A stretch of DNA of 27,615 nt from Candidatus Cloacimonadota bacterium (GTDB lineage Bacteria > Cloacimonadota > Cloacimonadia > JGIOTU-2), in NCBI GenBank assembly GCA_049903315.1, contig JBNGBT010000018.1:1-27615 (forward strand). Direction: 5' to 3'. This document shows, piece after piece, positions 18,337 through 27,060 of this stretch. Position 1 is the first letter of the stretch; each line of letters opens with the position of its first letter. The translations under genes were made by a program, and so were the position numbers. Below the pieces are notes generated by a model. The model made no database searches, was not told the DNA's origin, and was given only the letters and a program-made list of their open reading frames with translations.

Positions 18337-19086
18337 ATGCGAACCATTCACCTTCGATGCTACGAAGAGTTGAATGAATTTCTTCCAATAGAAAAAAGAA
18401 AAGTAGAATTCCCCCATTCAGTCCCCGTACGAACATCCGTAAAAGATCTGATTGAATCGCTGAACATACCCCATATACAAGTTCAGATGATAATGGTAAA
18501 AGGAGAGCAAAAGGATTTCTCTTATATTGTTCAGGATAATGACCGTATCAGCGTTTATCCTTTTTTTCATAACCTCAACATTACCTCGGTAAGTAAGATA
18601 CATCATCAGCTTCCAGACACTATTCGATTTCTTGTAGATCAGCACCTTGGTTCACTTGCTCGCTATCTTCGAATGCTCGGCATCGACACAGAATATAATG
18701 AGGATCTATCCGGTCATCAGCTTGTGAAAAAAGCAAATCGCGAGAATCGGATACTTATCACAAAGGATCATTCTATATTAAAGTGGAATGCGTTGAAGTT
18801 TGGATATTTTGTTTATGCTGATGATCTCGACTCTCAACTCGAAGAATTGTTACTTCAGTTCAAACTGAGAGATCATATCTCGCTCTTTTCACGATGCCTT
18901 GAATGCAATTCAATACTCCACCCGATTGAAAAAGAAAAGATCGAGCATCGCCTTCCTCAGAAAGTGAAAGAGTTGCACAACGACTATACTATTTGTGAAA
19001 AATGTGATAAAATTTATTGGAAAGGTACTCATTATCAGAAAATGAAACAAAAGATCGAGGATATCCTAAAAATTAATAATGAATAA
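18337..19086 (+). CDS. Ubiquitin-like plus Mut7-C (PIN-fold) RNase domain protein
   Basis: YEELNEFLP, SVKDLIESLNIPH, RFLVDQHLGSLARYLRMLGIDT, RILITKD, and Zn ribbon RCLECN...CEKCDKIYWKGTH. Confidence 0.9.
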   Translation: MRTIHLRCYEELNEFLPIEKRKVEFPHSVPVRTSVKDLIESLNIPHIQVQMIMVKGEQKDFSYIVQDNDRISVYPFFHNLNITSVSKIHHQLPDTIRFLVDQHLGSLARYLRMLGIDTEYNEDLSGHQLVKKANRENRILITKDHSILKWNALKFGYFVYADDLDSQLEELLLQFKLRDHISLFSRCLECNSILHPIEKEKIEHRLPQKVKELHNDYTICEKCDKIYWKGTHYQKMKQKIEDILKINNE

Positions 19087-19092
19087 AGAATT

Positions 19093-19157
19093 AACCACGG
19101 AATTCACGAAAAAACACCAAAGCAAATTAAACCACAGAGAACACAGAGGACGCTGAG
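19093..19157 (+). repeat. Two AACCAC-initiated short repeats with ~9-nt periodicity
   Basis: AACCACGGAATTCACGAAAAAACACCAAA and AACCACAGAGAACACAGAGGACGCTGAG. Related copies occur at 25049-25120. Confidence 0.55.
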
Positions 19158-19325
19158 AAAATAATGTTTTATTTCCAATTAAGGAATCCAGTTCTTAAAG
19201 GTTATTCAATAAACTATATTGTTAGCACTCAGAATCAAAATATTTATTAATTTTATAAAATTAGGTTTTCGCTTGTCACGGCGGAGCGAAGCATAGTCGG
19301 ATGGTAAAATACTTCTGGAGGAATA

Positions 19326-20012
19326 ATGCAAGATGCAAGTAATTTGAATATCGGAGTGGTGTTAAGTGGATCGGGATGGAAGGACGGATCTGAGATACAT
19401 GAGTCGGTGTTGACACTTCTTCATCTGGATAGAGCTCATGCCGGCATCATAATGATGGCACCGGACAAGCAGCAGATGGATGTGATAGATCATCTCGACA
19501 ATATACCGGTTCCCGGAGAACGGAGGAATACGCTTATCGAATCTGCACGAATTGCTCGTGGTGACATCAATCCAATCAAAAATATCAGCGCAAGTGATCT
19601 TGATGCTATCATACTTCCCGGGGGATCGGGAGCTATGAAAAATCTCTGTAACTTTGCAGTGAAAGGCATGGAAATGGAAGTTGAGCCGCACTTTGAGAAG
19701 CTCCTCAAAGAACTACGGGCACAGCAAAAACCACTTGGATTCATCTGCATCGCGCCGATGATTGCAGCAAAGGTTTTTGGGTCTGAACATCCGAAAATCA
19801 CTATCGGCAATAACGATGCGTCCGCACAAAAGATCGAAGCTTTCGGGGCAAAGCATGTAAATTGTCCAGTGGATGAAATTGTTTTCGACGAAAGAACCAA
19901 AATTGTGACAACTCCTGCGTACATGATCGGTCCGAGTATTTCGTATATTTCAATTGGTATAGAAAAGCTGGTTCAAAAGGTTCTTAAGCTTGCAGACACA
20001 AGGAATATTTAA
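19326..20012 (+). CDS. elbB: ElbB/ES1-family glyoxalase (DJ-1/PfpI superfamily)
   Basis: VVLSGSGWKDGSEIHE, ESARIARG, ILPGG.GA.KNL, GFICIAP and TTPAYM. Confidence 0.9.
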   Translation: MQDASNLNIGVVLSGSGWKDGSEIHESVLTLLHLDRAHAGIIMMAPDKQQMDVIDHLDNIPVPGERRNTLIESARIARGDINPIKNISASDLDAIILPGGSGAMKNLCNFAVKGMEMEVEPHFEKLLKELRAQQKPLGFICIAPMIAAKVFGSEHPKITIGNNDASAQKIEAFGAKHVNCPVDEIVFDERTKIVTTPAYMIGPSISYISIGIEKLVQKVLKLADTRNI

Positions 20013-20013
20013 A

Positions 20014-20559
20014 ATGCAGATCAAGATCAAAAATACTTTATTTTCCATAATTCAAGATGATATTACCGCACAACACACAGAAGCAATAGTAAACGCAGCT
20101 AATTCCTCTCTCATGGGAGGTGGTGGTGTAAATGGTGCAATTCATAGAGCCGGTGGTACAGAGATTTTGGAAGAATGTAAAAAAATCAGAAAAGAAAAAG
20201 ACTCACTCCCCCCCGGTAATGCAGTAATTACAACAGCAGGCAATATGTTCGCAAAATTTGTCATTCATACCGTTGGCCCGATCTGGAGAGGTGGGAAAAA
20301 TAAAGAATCCGATGTATTAAAAAATTGTTACCGGAATGTACTGACCCTTGCGCAAAAAGAAGACATTAAAAGCATTTCTTTCCCCTCTATAAGTACTGGC
20401 ATCTATGGTTATCCAATTGAAAAAGCGAGCAAGATCGCACTGGCAACTGTTATTGAATATGTGGAAAGACACTCGTTTTTTGACGAGATCAGATTTGTGC
20501 TGTTCTCGGAAAGTGATTTGGAAGTGTATGGAAATACATTAAATAAATTGACACTTTAA
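20014..20559 (+). CDS. Macrodomain protein (YmdB/MacroD-like O-acetyl-ADP-ribose deacetylase)
   Basis: DIT, AIVNAANSSLMGGGGVNGAIH, VIHTVGP and FPSISTGIYGYP. Start taken as ATG 20014, just after the elbB stop. Confidence 0.92.
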   Translation: MQIKIKNTLFSIIQDDITAQHTEAIVNAANSSLMGGGGVNGAIHRAGGTEILEECKKIRKEKDSLPPGNAVITTAGNMFAKFVIHTVGPIWRGGKNKESDVLKNCYRNVLTLAQKEDIKSISFPSISTGIYGYPIEKASKIALATVIEYVERHSFFDEIRFVLFSESDLEVYGNTLNKLTL

Positions 20560-20603
20560 GAGTCATTTTTCACATAAAAACATAGAAAAAAATAGGAGTA
20601 CAC

Positions 20604-21335
20604 ATGAATAAAAATATGAAAAAATCAATTCATCTTGTCATAGCCGTAATCGTTCTTGTCAGTTTATTCGCATGCAGCAATGCGTATAAAAAGCTTATCC
20701 CTTATACATTCAACGGTAAAACCGTTGCGGCGGTGGTTACTTCAACCCCGTGGGGTAACGTTACAACAAATAGTTATTTCTCTATAGGTTCCAGCGGAAA
20801 ATCTAAACCTGATGATGTCCTCAACACCCTGGTTAACATCGGAACGACTGTTATCAACAGTATTGAAGCAGGTAAAGCTCAGGCAAAAATGGACAGTGCC
20901 ATGAAACATGTGGATGTTGCGGGTATCATAAAATCACAAACACTCCAGCAAGGTTCCAACATTCTTCATTATAATCCCATTAATGATACGCATACTGCGG
21001 ATTTCCTTTTCAGCCTTACAATAAACAGCTATGGTATTGGTGCAAATTCATGGGCGTCATCAGTGAATTTTAATATGGATGTGACGCTGAAAATTTATGA
21101 TAATCACACCTCTGCATTGATCTGGAAAGTAAATGTTTCGGAATCACGACCTGTATCTTCATCCTTCTTCCTCACTGGTACTACTTCTGTAGGCAATGTG
21201 CTCACCGCATTACAACTTTCTCAACTCACCGCGGATCAGATGAAAACAGGATTCACACACATGGCTGAATACACCGCAAATGAAATAATAAATAAACTAC
21301 AAAAAGACTACGCAAAGTCACGGAATACAAAGTAG
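20604..21335 (+). CDS. Hypothetical lipoprotein
   Basis: 243 aa with SD AGGAG, lipobox LFACS and a downstream terminator. Confidence 0.8.
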   Translation: MNKNMKKSIHLVIAVIVLVSLFACSNAYKKLIPYTFNGKTVAAVVTSTPWGNVTTNSYFSIGSSGKSKPDDVLNTLVNIGTTVINSIEAGKAQAKMDSAMKHVDVAGIIKSQTLQQGSNILHYNPINDTHTADFLFSLTINSYGIGANSWASSVNFNMDVTLKIYDNHTSALIWKVNVSESRPVSSSFFLTGTTSVGNVLTALQLSQLTADQMKTGFTHMAEYTANEIINKLQKDYAKSRNTK

Positions 21336-21357
21336 TAATTATTTCTATTGATCATAC

Positions 21358-21387
21358 AAAAAAGCCCACATACATTTGTGGGCTTTT
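21358..21387. terminator. Bidirectional intrinsic terminator
   Basis: AAAAAAGCCCACA-loop-TGTGGGCTTTT between convergent genes. Confidence 0.85.
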
Positions 21388-21406
21388 ATTTATGGAAAGT
21401 GCTCTT

Positions 21407-21997
21407 TTAAAAACTCCCGAAGAGCATAGTCAGACTTGCAGTAAAGCCGGAAAGATCGCAGTTTTTGAGGTAGCCGTTAAAATTATCCGAATCAACACCG
21501 GACACAATTCGATAGCTTATCCCGAGTGCGACGCGAATTGTAGAAGAAATATTGAGTACGCCATCAGCGCCCGGTTCGATGATAAATATCATATCATTTT
21601 TCCCGGTCTTGTTTCCATTACGTGTGCTCACAGCTCCAGTGCCGAGTAGCATATTTACCTGCCAATGGATCAGTTCATCAGACATGCCGACATATTCTGC
21701 AATGATACCGCCATACCCGAGATTTATAAAATTCGTATCGGATTGGGCAGCATTGATCGGTATGTCGTTCAGAAGCCCATAAGCTCCCCCGCCGATCGTA
21801 AATGTGCTGTTGAATGCCCATCCGCCGCGCGCTCCCACGATCAGCGCATCTTCGCTGTTCAGTTTTGTGTATTTGATGAGCGGACCGCCAAAAACACCCG
21901 ATATCGAGCCGCTTGAAAAAAGAGAATCAGCATGAGCACATATCGAAATAATAAATGAAAAAATCATTATAAAAATTATAAACTTCTTATTCATCAT
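21407..21997 (-). CDS. Small predicted outer-membrane beta-barrel protein
   Basis: Signal peptide, Gly-rich amphipathic strands (VGARGGW, TIGGGAY, LGYGG, IIEPG) and C-terminal FGSF. SD GAGGT. Confidence 0.75.
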   Translation of the reverse strand: MMNKKFIIFIMIFSFIISICAHADSLFSSGSISGVFGGPLIKYTKLNSEDALIVGARGGWAFNSTFTIGGGAYGLLNDIPINAAQSDTNFINLGYGGIIAEYVGMSDELIHWQVNMLLGTGAVSTRNGNKTGKNDMIFIIEPGADGVLNISSTIRVALGISYRIVSGVDSDNFNGYLKNCDLSGFTASLTMLFGSF

Positions 21998-22047
21998 ACC
22001 TCACTTTCTAAAGCATTTTACAAACATTTCCCAAATTAATGTAAAGA

Positions 22048-22076
22048 ATTATATACAGAAATTCTATCCTTTACAA
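22048..22076 (-). promoter_or_regulatory. Sigma70-type promoter
   Basis: Minus strand TTGTAA-17 nt-TATAAT upstream of the 21997 gene. Confidence 0.6.
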
Positions 22077-22084
22077 TATCATAT

Positions 22085-22111
22085 AAAAAAAGGAGAAGTG
22101 AAAACTTCTCC
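22085..22111 (-). terminator. Intrinsic terminator
   Basis: Minus strand GGAGAAGT-TTTC-ACTTCTCC-TTTTTTT after the serine hydrolase gene. Confidence 0.82.
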
Positions 22112-22140
22112 CATTCATTCTTTTCTAAAAGAGCATTAGA

Positions 22141-23355
22141 TTATGGCTTACCGGGATAGCCTAACATTTCTCGTGCTTTCCATGCAGCATCGTACATGCC
22201 AAGGAAACTTGCATAGAAGTCAGCTTCACTTGTCATATCAACTGATGGTATACATGCAATAATCGATACATCATAATCTGGATCGTAGAGCATAATAGAG
22301 AAGTATCCTCTAATACACCCGTTATGACCATATCCAAGATTTGTTGCATGTAAACATCCTAGAGCATAACCATCATTTCCGGGTGAGGTGTCTGTCTGCA
22401 TAAGAGTAACCGTCGCTGGTTCGAGTACATTCTGCCCTTTCATGAGTGTTCTGATATACGTGTTCATTTCTTCAAAATTGCTGTAGCCGTTCCCTTCTGC
22501 CACATGAGCGCTCATGTTTGATTCATCAAAAACATAGACTTCCGATACGTCATACAGATTTCCGCAGAGATGAGGATCGGACAGGGACACATCCGTCGCT
22601 TCCCATGGAAAGAAGACATCGACAGGAACTTCCGAACCTGGTCCTGTAATATAATCATATAGGTAGTCGGCAAAATTCTTTTCATTCTTTACCCTAGCAG
22701 AATAAACACGTGCAATGATCTCACTCAGAATTGTATAGCCGGTATTACTGTAATGATAATCAGTTCCCGGAAGAAAATAGAAAAGATCATTGATCGTAAC
22801 CTGGTTGACCAGTTCTTCAGAAGTAAATTGATGACTGGGATCAGATTCAAAGGTATAGGCCACATAGGACAATCCTCCAAATCCGGGAACGGAATCATTA
22901 TCTACATCATACACACCAGCGCTGTGCTGCAGGAGTTGCTCGATCGTTATCTCATTTTTGTAAGGAATATCCCACGAAGGATTTGTGGGTACATAGGCAA
23001 TATCTGTTCCGGGAATCGTGTCGGTGATCGTATCATAGATATCAAGCCAGCCGTCCTCATGCATGTTCAAGACTGCTGTCGAAGTAAAATTCTTTGAGTT
23101 ACTCGCAAATCGAAAATAGGTATCCGGGGTGATCTCATCCCTTTCATGAAGTGTGGTTGTTGCAAAATAAACATCGTCAGAAGTTTGAATATACACACTG
23201 ATGCTTTGCACAATATGTCCGAGTGTTACCTCAAGTGAGTCTCGTATGAGTTCTAAAGCTTCAGAGATCTGTTCATCCGTGGATTTTATGGATTTCTCTG
23301 AACATGATAAAATAAAAAGTGAACTAATAATTAAAACTATAATAATCTTTTTCAT
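22141..23355 (-). CDS. Serine hydrolase lipoprotein (beta-lactamase class C / D-Ala-D-Ala carboxypeptidase family)
   Basis: Lipobox FILSC, FRFASNSK (SxxK), ITIEQLLQHSAG, YHYSNTGY (YxN) and YGHNG. Confidence 0.9.
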   Translation of the reverse strand: MKKIIIVLIISSLFILSCSEKSIKSTDEQISEALELIRDSLEVTLGHIVQSISVYIQTSDDVYFATTTLHERDEITPDTYFRFASNSKNFTSTAVLNMHEDGWLDIYDTITDTIPGTDIAYVPTNPSWDIPYKNEITIEQLLQHSAGVYDVDNDSVPGFGGLSYVAYTFESDPSHQFTSEELVNQVTINDLFYFLPGTDYHYSNTGYTILSEIIARVYSARVKNEKNFADYLYDYITGPGSEVPVDVFFPWEATDVSLSDPHLCGNLYDVSEVYVFDESNMSAHVAEGNGYSNFEEMNTYIRTLMKGQNVLEPATVTLMQTDTSPGNDGYALGCLHATNLGYGHNGCIRGYFSIMLYDPDYDVSIIACIPSVDMTSEADFYASFLGMYDAAWKAREMLGYPGKP

Positions 23356-23547
23356 TAACTATTCCTCTCTTAAATTTTGATTAATTCTTTGATTGCTTCA
23401 AAAAATTTCCTGTCAATTATTTGCCAATATTTTATTGACATATTAATCAAAGTTTTCTCCAAGTTCAATCACGTGACTGATGCTGCTATCAAATAAATCT
23501 GGGACCTATAGTTTTTTAATACTAAATATAAAAATGCAGGAGGTTGT

Positions 23548-24912
23548 ATGAAAGTACGATCAATTATTTTATGCATTGGAATGATTTTATGTGTGTTCGG
23601 TTGTGCGCGTATGGTGAGACCAACAAAACTCAATAGAATTATTGTTGAAACAGAGATTGCTGATCTTAATACTGATTTCTATCCCGAGTCTATTATTATC
23701 AGCCCGGATGTAAAACATATCGCTTTTATTGAAGATGTATATTCTGGATTGAGAGTTGTGGTGGATGATAATCCACAGGAAAGTTATGATGACATTGCGA
23801 GGGGTATGCAGTTCAGTCCATCAAATGATTATGTGGCATATTTCGCGTATTACGAAGGATATTCCGGAGGAATATTTGGATTATTTGCAACTGATCCATT
23901 CTGGGCGGTGGTTGTTGATGAAAGTTCATTTGGTCAGTACCAAGACCTTTTGAATAATTCTATAGTCATTAGTCCGAATGCCAAACATGTTGCTTATGGA
24001 GTGTTTAATTTTATTAATGCAAAGGTTTACTTTGACCATCAAGCGTTGCCAGATTTTATATGTTCTCAAGACGATACCATGGATTCTGTCATGGTTTATA
24101 ACGTGCTTGGACCATTTGTTTTCAGTCCCAACAGTTTGAAATTTGCATATGTTGCAGAAACTGTCGATAGTGATAAATGGGCTTATGCTGCAATTATGAA
24201 TAACGTGGCAGGAAAAGGTTATAAATACGTGTATCCTTATTCTCTTACTTTTAGCTCTGATAGCGAAAAACTAGCATACGTGGTACAGGATTCTATTGTT
24301 GAAAGAGTTGTAGTAAATGGTGAAGAGCTTACAGGATATGAATCGGTACCGGAAGTATCCATTCGCTTTAGCCCGGACAGTGAACACCTGGCATATGTTG
24401 CCTTCGATGGTGAGAATTGGTTCGTCGTACAGGATGAGATTGAAGGCGTAGTATATGATGCAATAGGCACAATAGTTTTTAGTCCAGACAGCAAGCATTT
24501 GGCATATACTGCCCAAGATGATGAAGAATGGATTGTTATAAAAGATAAGAGAGAGATTGCACGGCACACAGGAATAATAGAGAAAACATTAAAATTTTCA
24601 CCCGACAGCAAACATCTTGTGTATGCAGCAGCTGTCGATAGTGGTGTGGTCGTATATGAAGATGGTAAACCTCTTAATATTTATGAAGCTCTTGTAACCC
24701 CACCGATCTTCAGTTCGGATGGAAGATATCTTGCTTATACAATTGAGGAGAATGACACTCAGTTTGTTGTGATTAATGGCGTAAAAGGGCAATCATTTCC
24801 AGCGATCATATCATACAATGGCGGTAGGATCGTTTTTGATGATGATAATCACATTCACTATCTTGCTGTTAAAGATGATGATAAAGTATATCTTGTTGAG
24901 GAAAGTTTTTAA
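23548..24912 (+). CDS. Lipoprotein with WD40/PD40-like beta-propeller repeats
   Basis: Lipobox VFGC and nine (F/I)S(P/S)(D/N/S)...(A/V)(Y/F) repeats, mostly at ~37-39 aa spacing. SD AGGAGG. Confidence 0.82.
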   Translation: MKVRSIILCIGMILCVFGCARMVRPTKLNRIIVETEIADLNTDFYPESIIISPDVKHIAFIEDVYSGLRVVVDDNPQESYDDIARGMQFSPSNDYVAYFAYYEGYSGGIFGLFATDPFWAVVVDESSFGQYQDLLNNSIVISPNAKHVAYGVFNFINAKVYFDHQALPDFICSQDDTMDSVMVYNVLGPFVFSPNSLKFAYVAETVDSDKWAYAAIMNNVAGKGYKYVYPYSLTFSSDSEKLAYVVQDSIVERVVVNGEELTGYESVPEVSIRFSPDSEHLAYVAFDGENWFVVQDEIEGVVYDAIGTIVFSPDSKHLAYTAQDDEEWIVIKDKREIARHTGIIEKTLKFSPDSKHLVYAAAVDSGVVVYEDGKPLNIYEALVTPPIFSSDGRYLAYTIEENDTQFVVINGVKGQSFPAIISYNGGRIVFDDDNHIHYLAVKDDDKVYLVEESF

Positions 24913-25048
24913 GAATTGGTTAATCCGAAGATAATAAAAGAGACTGAATATCTCCAGCCCCTACAAATATATTTTTTTGAAACACGGGTCGGTCATAAAG
25001 GGAACGACTCGGGATCAGAAAAACTCAAGATGGGAGAATTATATTCAC

Positions 25049-25120
25049 ACCACAGAGATCACAGAGAAGTGTAGATTATAAAACATTATGTTTTGCGCAT
25101 TTCTTGTTTTTCGTGGTAAA
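25049..25120. repeat. Convergent pair of ACCAC-initiated short repeats
   Basis: ACCACAGAGATCACAGAGAA on the plus strand and TTTACCACGAAAAACAAGAAATGCGCAAAA on the minus strand. Confidence 0.5.
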
Positions 25121-25124
25121 CTTT

Positions 25125-26909
25125 TTATCTCATCAAAATCAGCTTCTTCGTTTCTGTTATACTTCCATTTATATTGATTTGATAAAAGTACACTCCGTTC
25201 TCAAGCTCTTTCCCCTGCTCATCCTTACCGTCCCACATGACAGTGTGTTTAGATGTGTTACCAGAATAGAGTTTCTTAACTAGTTGACCCTTAAGATTGT
25301 AAACAGATAGATCAACCTGAGCTGTCTCATGGAGATTGAATGAAATCCTTGTAGAAGAACAAACCGGATTCGGCTCATTTTGAAAAAGTCCAAATCGCTC
25401 AGGTTCTGCTACTCCACTATTGCCGGAATTACCATCATCAGGTATTGCCAGAATAGCAACCTTATCGTAATGATGAATCATTCCGCTGTAATCAATACTC
25501 TCAAGCCAATAATAATAGGTAGCCCCAACTTCTGGCTCCTGAATGCTGTCTTCATGTGTATAGAACTGCTGCTGTGTTGTCGTGCCATGTCCTTCTATCA
25601 TATCAGATATCACTTCCGAAGTTGAAAAATCATTCTCACTATTTCTATATAAAAGCCACCCCATGTTATCAGTCTCGGATTGGGTTGACCAGTGGATCGT
25701 TGGTGTATTTTGTAAATATTGAGCGGTGAAGTTTGATAGAACGACAGGAAGCGAAGCACCATCTTTAGAACCAAGGGTATAATAACCATCCAAGAGAGCT
25801 GCTTTACCAGACATCTCGAATGTTATTGTCTTTGTTCCTGTATTTACGGTGGTTGCAGTCATTACTTCTGATGGTGAGGAAAAATCAGAAGATGCAGATA
25901 TAAGAAGTCCATAATCCGATGGCGTACTACTGCTTGGTGTGCCTTCTATTATCAAACTCAAAGTTGGTGTCGTAACTCCATAAGTGTCGACAAACCACAC
26001 TCTGGATAACTGCTGGTTATATCCTTCAATACTGCAATCCTCAAGATTTCCCAAATCTTCATTATTATGACCAAATGCTACAAAATTGCTACCAGAAATC
26101 GAAGAAGCTTCCACGGTTAATCCCCCAGATGTTTGAGAAAGTGTACCGTTCCTGATAAGCATGAGATCTGTGGGCATTGGCACACCGGATGTAATCCAAT
26201 AACCTGATTGCCCACCATAACCACTCAAGGTTCCATTATTAGATTGTGATGACTGGTCTGGAAGATTTGTCGATGTTCCAGCTTGATTAAATTGGTAATA
26301 GGCAACAAGATTGGTTTCGAATGTGGGATTATCTAGTTGTTTATACATATTATCCTGAATCTGTGACTGTGTTCGCGCAACATTCCATATTCGCACTTCA
26401 TCAATTTTTCCATCAAAGGCATCAGTACCAAACCATGATCTCCTTCCGATTGTTAATACATCCGATACATTTATATTCCCATTTGAACCAGATTGTGTCC
26501 ATCCGGTTTCAATACCATCTTTGAAAACGGAAATTTTGTCACCGCTTCTTCTACCAGCAACATGGTGCCATTTTCCATCATTCACCACTTCTCCCCAAAC
26601 GCCATACTGAACATTACTGACCCATACCTCGAAAGCAATCTTATTAGTGTTACGTGCTATAAATAGCACAAAACCCTGCCTTGTTCCCCACGTGTCTTTG
26701 CCAACTATAACCGGCCATTCATCCTCAGGTGTACTGGCAGATGTATTTATCCATGCTTCAACTGTGAAATCACCTGTCCCCATATTCAAAGTTGTATTGT
26801 GTGCAATCTGCACTTGATCATTGATCCCATCAAAATCCAGAGCATAATTCTGGGCATAGAGCTGTACTACAACTAAAAGAAAAAATGTTAATACTGTAAT
26901 TTTCTTCAT
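25125..26909 (-). CDS. Secreted LamG/concanavalin-like domain protein with FlgD-Ig/T9SS-like CTD
   Basis: Signal peptide, YALDFDG, FTVEAWI, DGKWHHVA, FDGKIDEVRIWNVART, an LPVVLSNFTA module and a QNEPNP...WDGKDE CTD. Confidence 0.9.
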   Translation of the reverse strand: MKKITVLTFFLLVVVQLYAQNYALDFDGINDQVQIAHNTTLNMGTGDFTVEAWINTSASTPEDEWPVIVGKDTWGTRQGFVLFIARNTNKIAFEVWVSNVQYGVWGEVVNDGKWHHVAGRRSGDKISVFKDGIETGWTQSGSNGNINVSDVLTIGRRSWFGTDAFDGKIDEVRIWNVARTQSQIQDNMYKQLDNPTFETNLVAYYQFNQAGTSTNLPDQSSQSNNGTLSGYGGQSGYWITSGVPMPTDLMLIRNGTLSQTSGGLTVEASSISGSNFVAFGHNNEDLGNLEDCSIEGYNQQLSRVWFVDTYGVTTPTLSLIIEGTPSSSTPSDYGLLISASSDFSSPSEVMTATTVNTGTKTITFEMSGKAALLDGYYTLGSKDGASLPVVLSNFTAQYLQNTPTIHWSTQSETDNMGWLLYRNSENDFSTSEVISDMIEGHGTTTQQQFYTHEDSIQEPEVGATYYYWLESIDYSGMIHHYDKVAILAIPDDGNSGNSGVAEPERFGLFQNEPNPVCSSTRISFNLHETAQVDLSVYNLKGQLVKKLYSGNTSKHTVMWDGKDEQGKELENGVYFYQININGSITETKKLILMR

Positions 26910-27060
26910 GATCGCTCCGACATTTTCGAAATATTATGTTTACATATTCCGTAACAATATACTTACTTTTTCCTTTTGAACTTGTTAATAACCGATATTT
27001 TTTTGCCTCACATGTCAAGAAAAACAACAGGGCTGAAATTCAATCTCACTTATATATGTT

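Noticed and set aside
18337..20559. Mut7-C plus macrodomain as a toxin-antitoxin or DarTG-like defence system
   Set aside because: No ADP-ribosyltransferase or antitoxin is present. The macrodomain is MacroD-type and is separated from Mut7-C by a 239-nt gap and elbB.
22141..23355. Antibiotic-resistance beta-lactamase
   Set aside because: The motifs only place it in the broad serine hydrolase family, so resistance cannot be claimed.
19093..25120. Short repeats as a CRISPR array
   Set aside because: No constant repeat-spacer periodicity and no cas genes.
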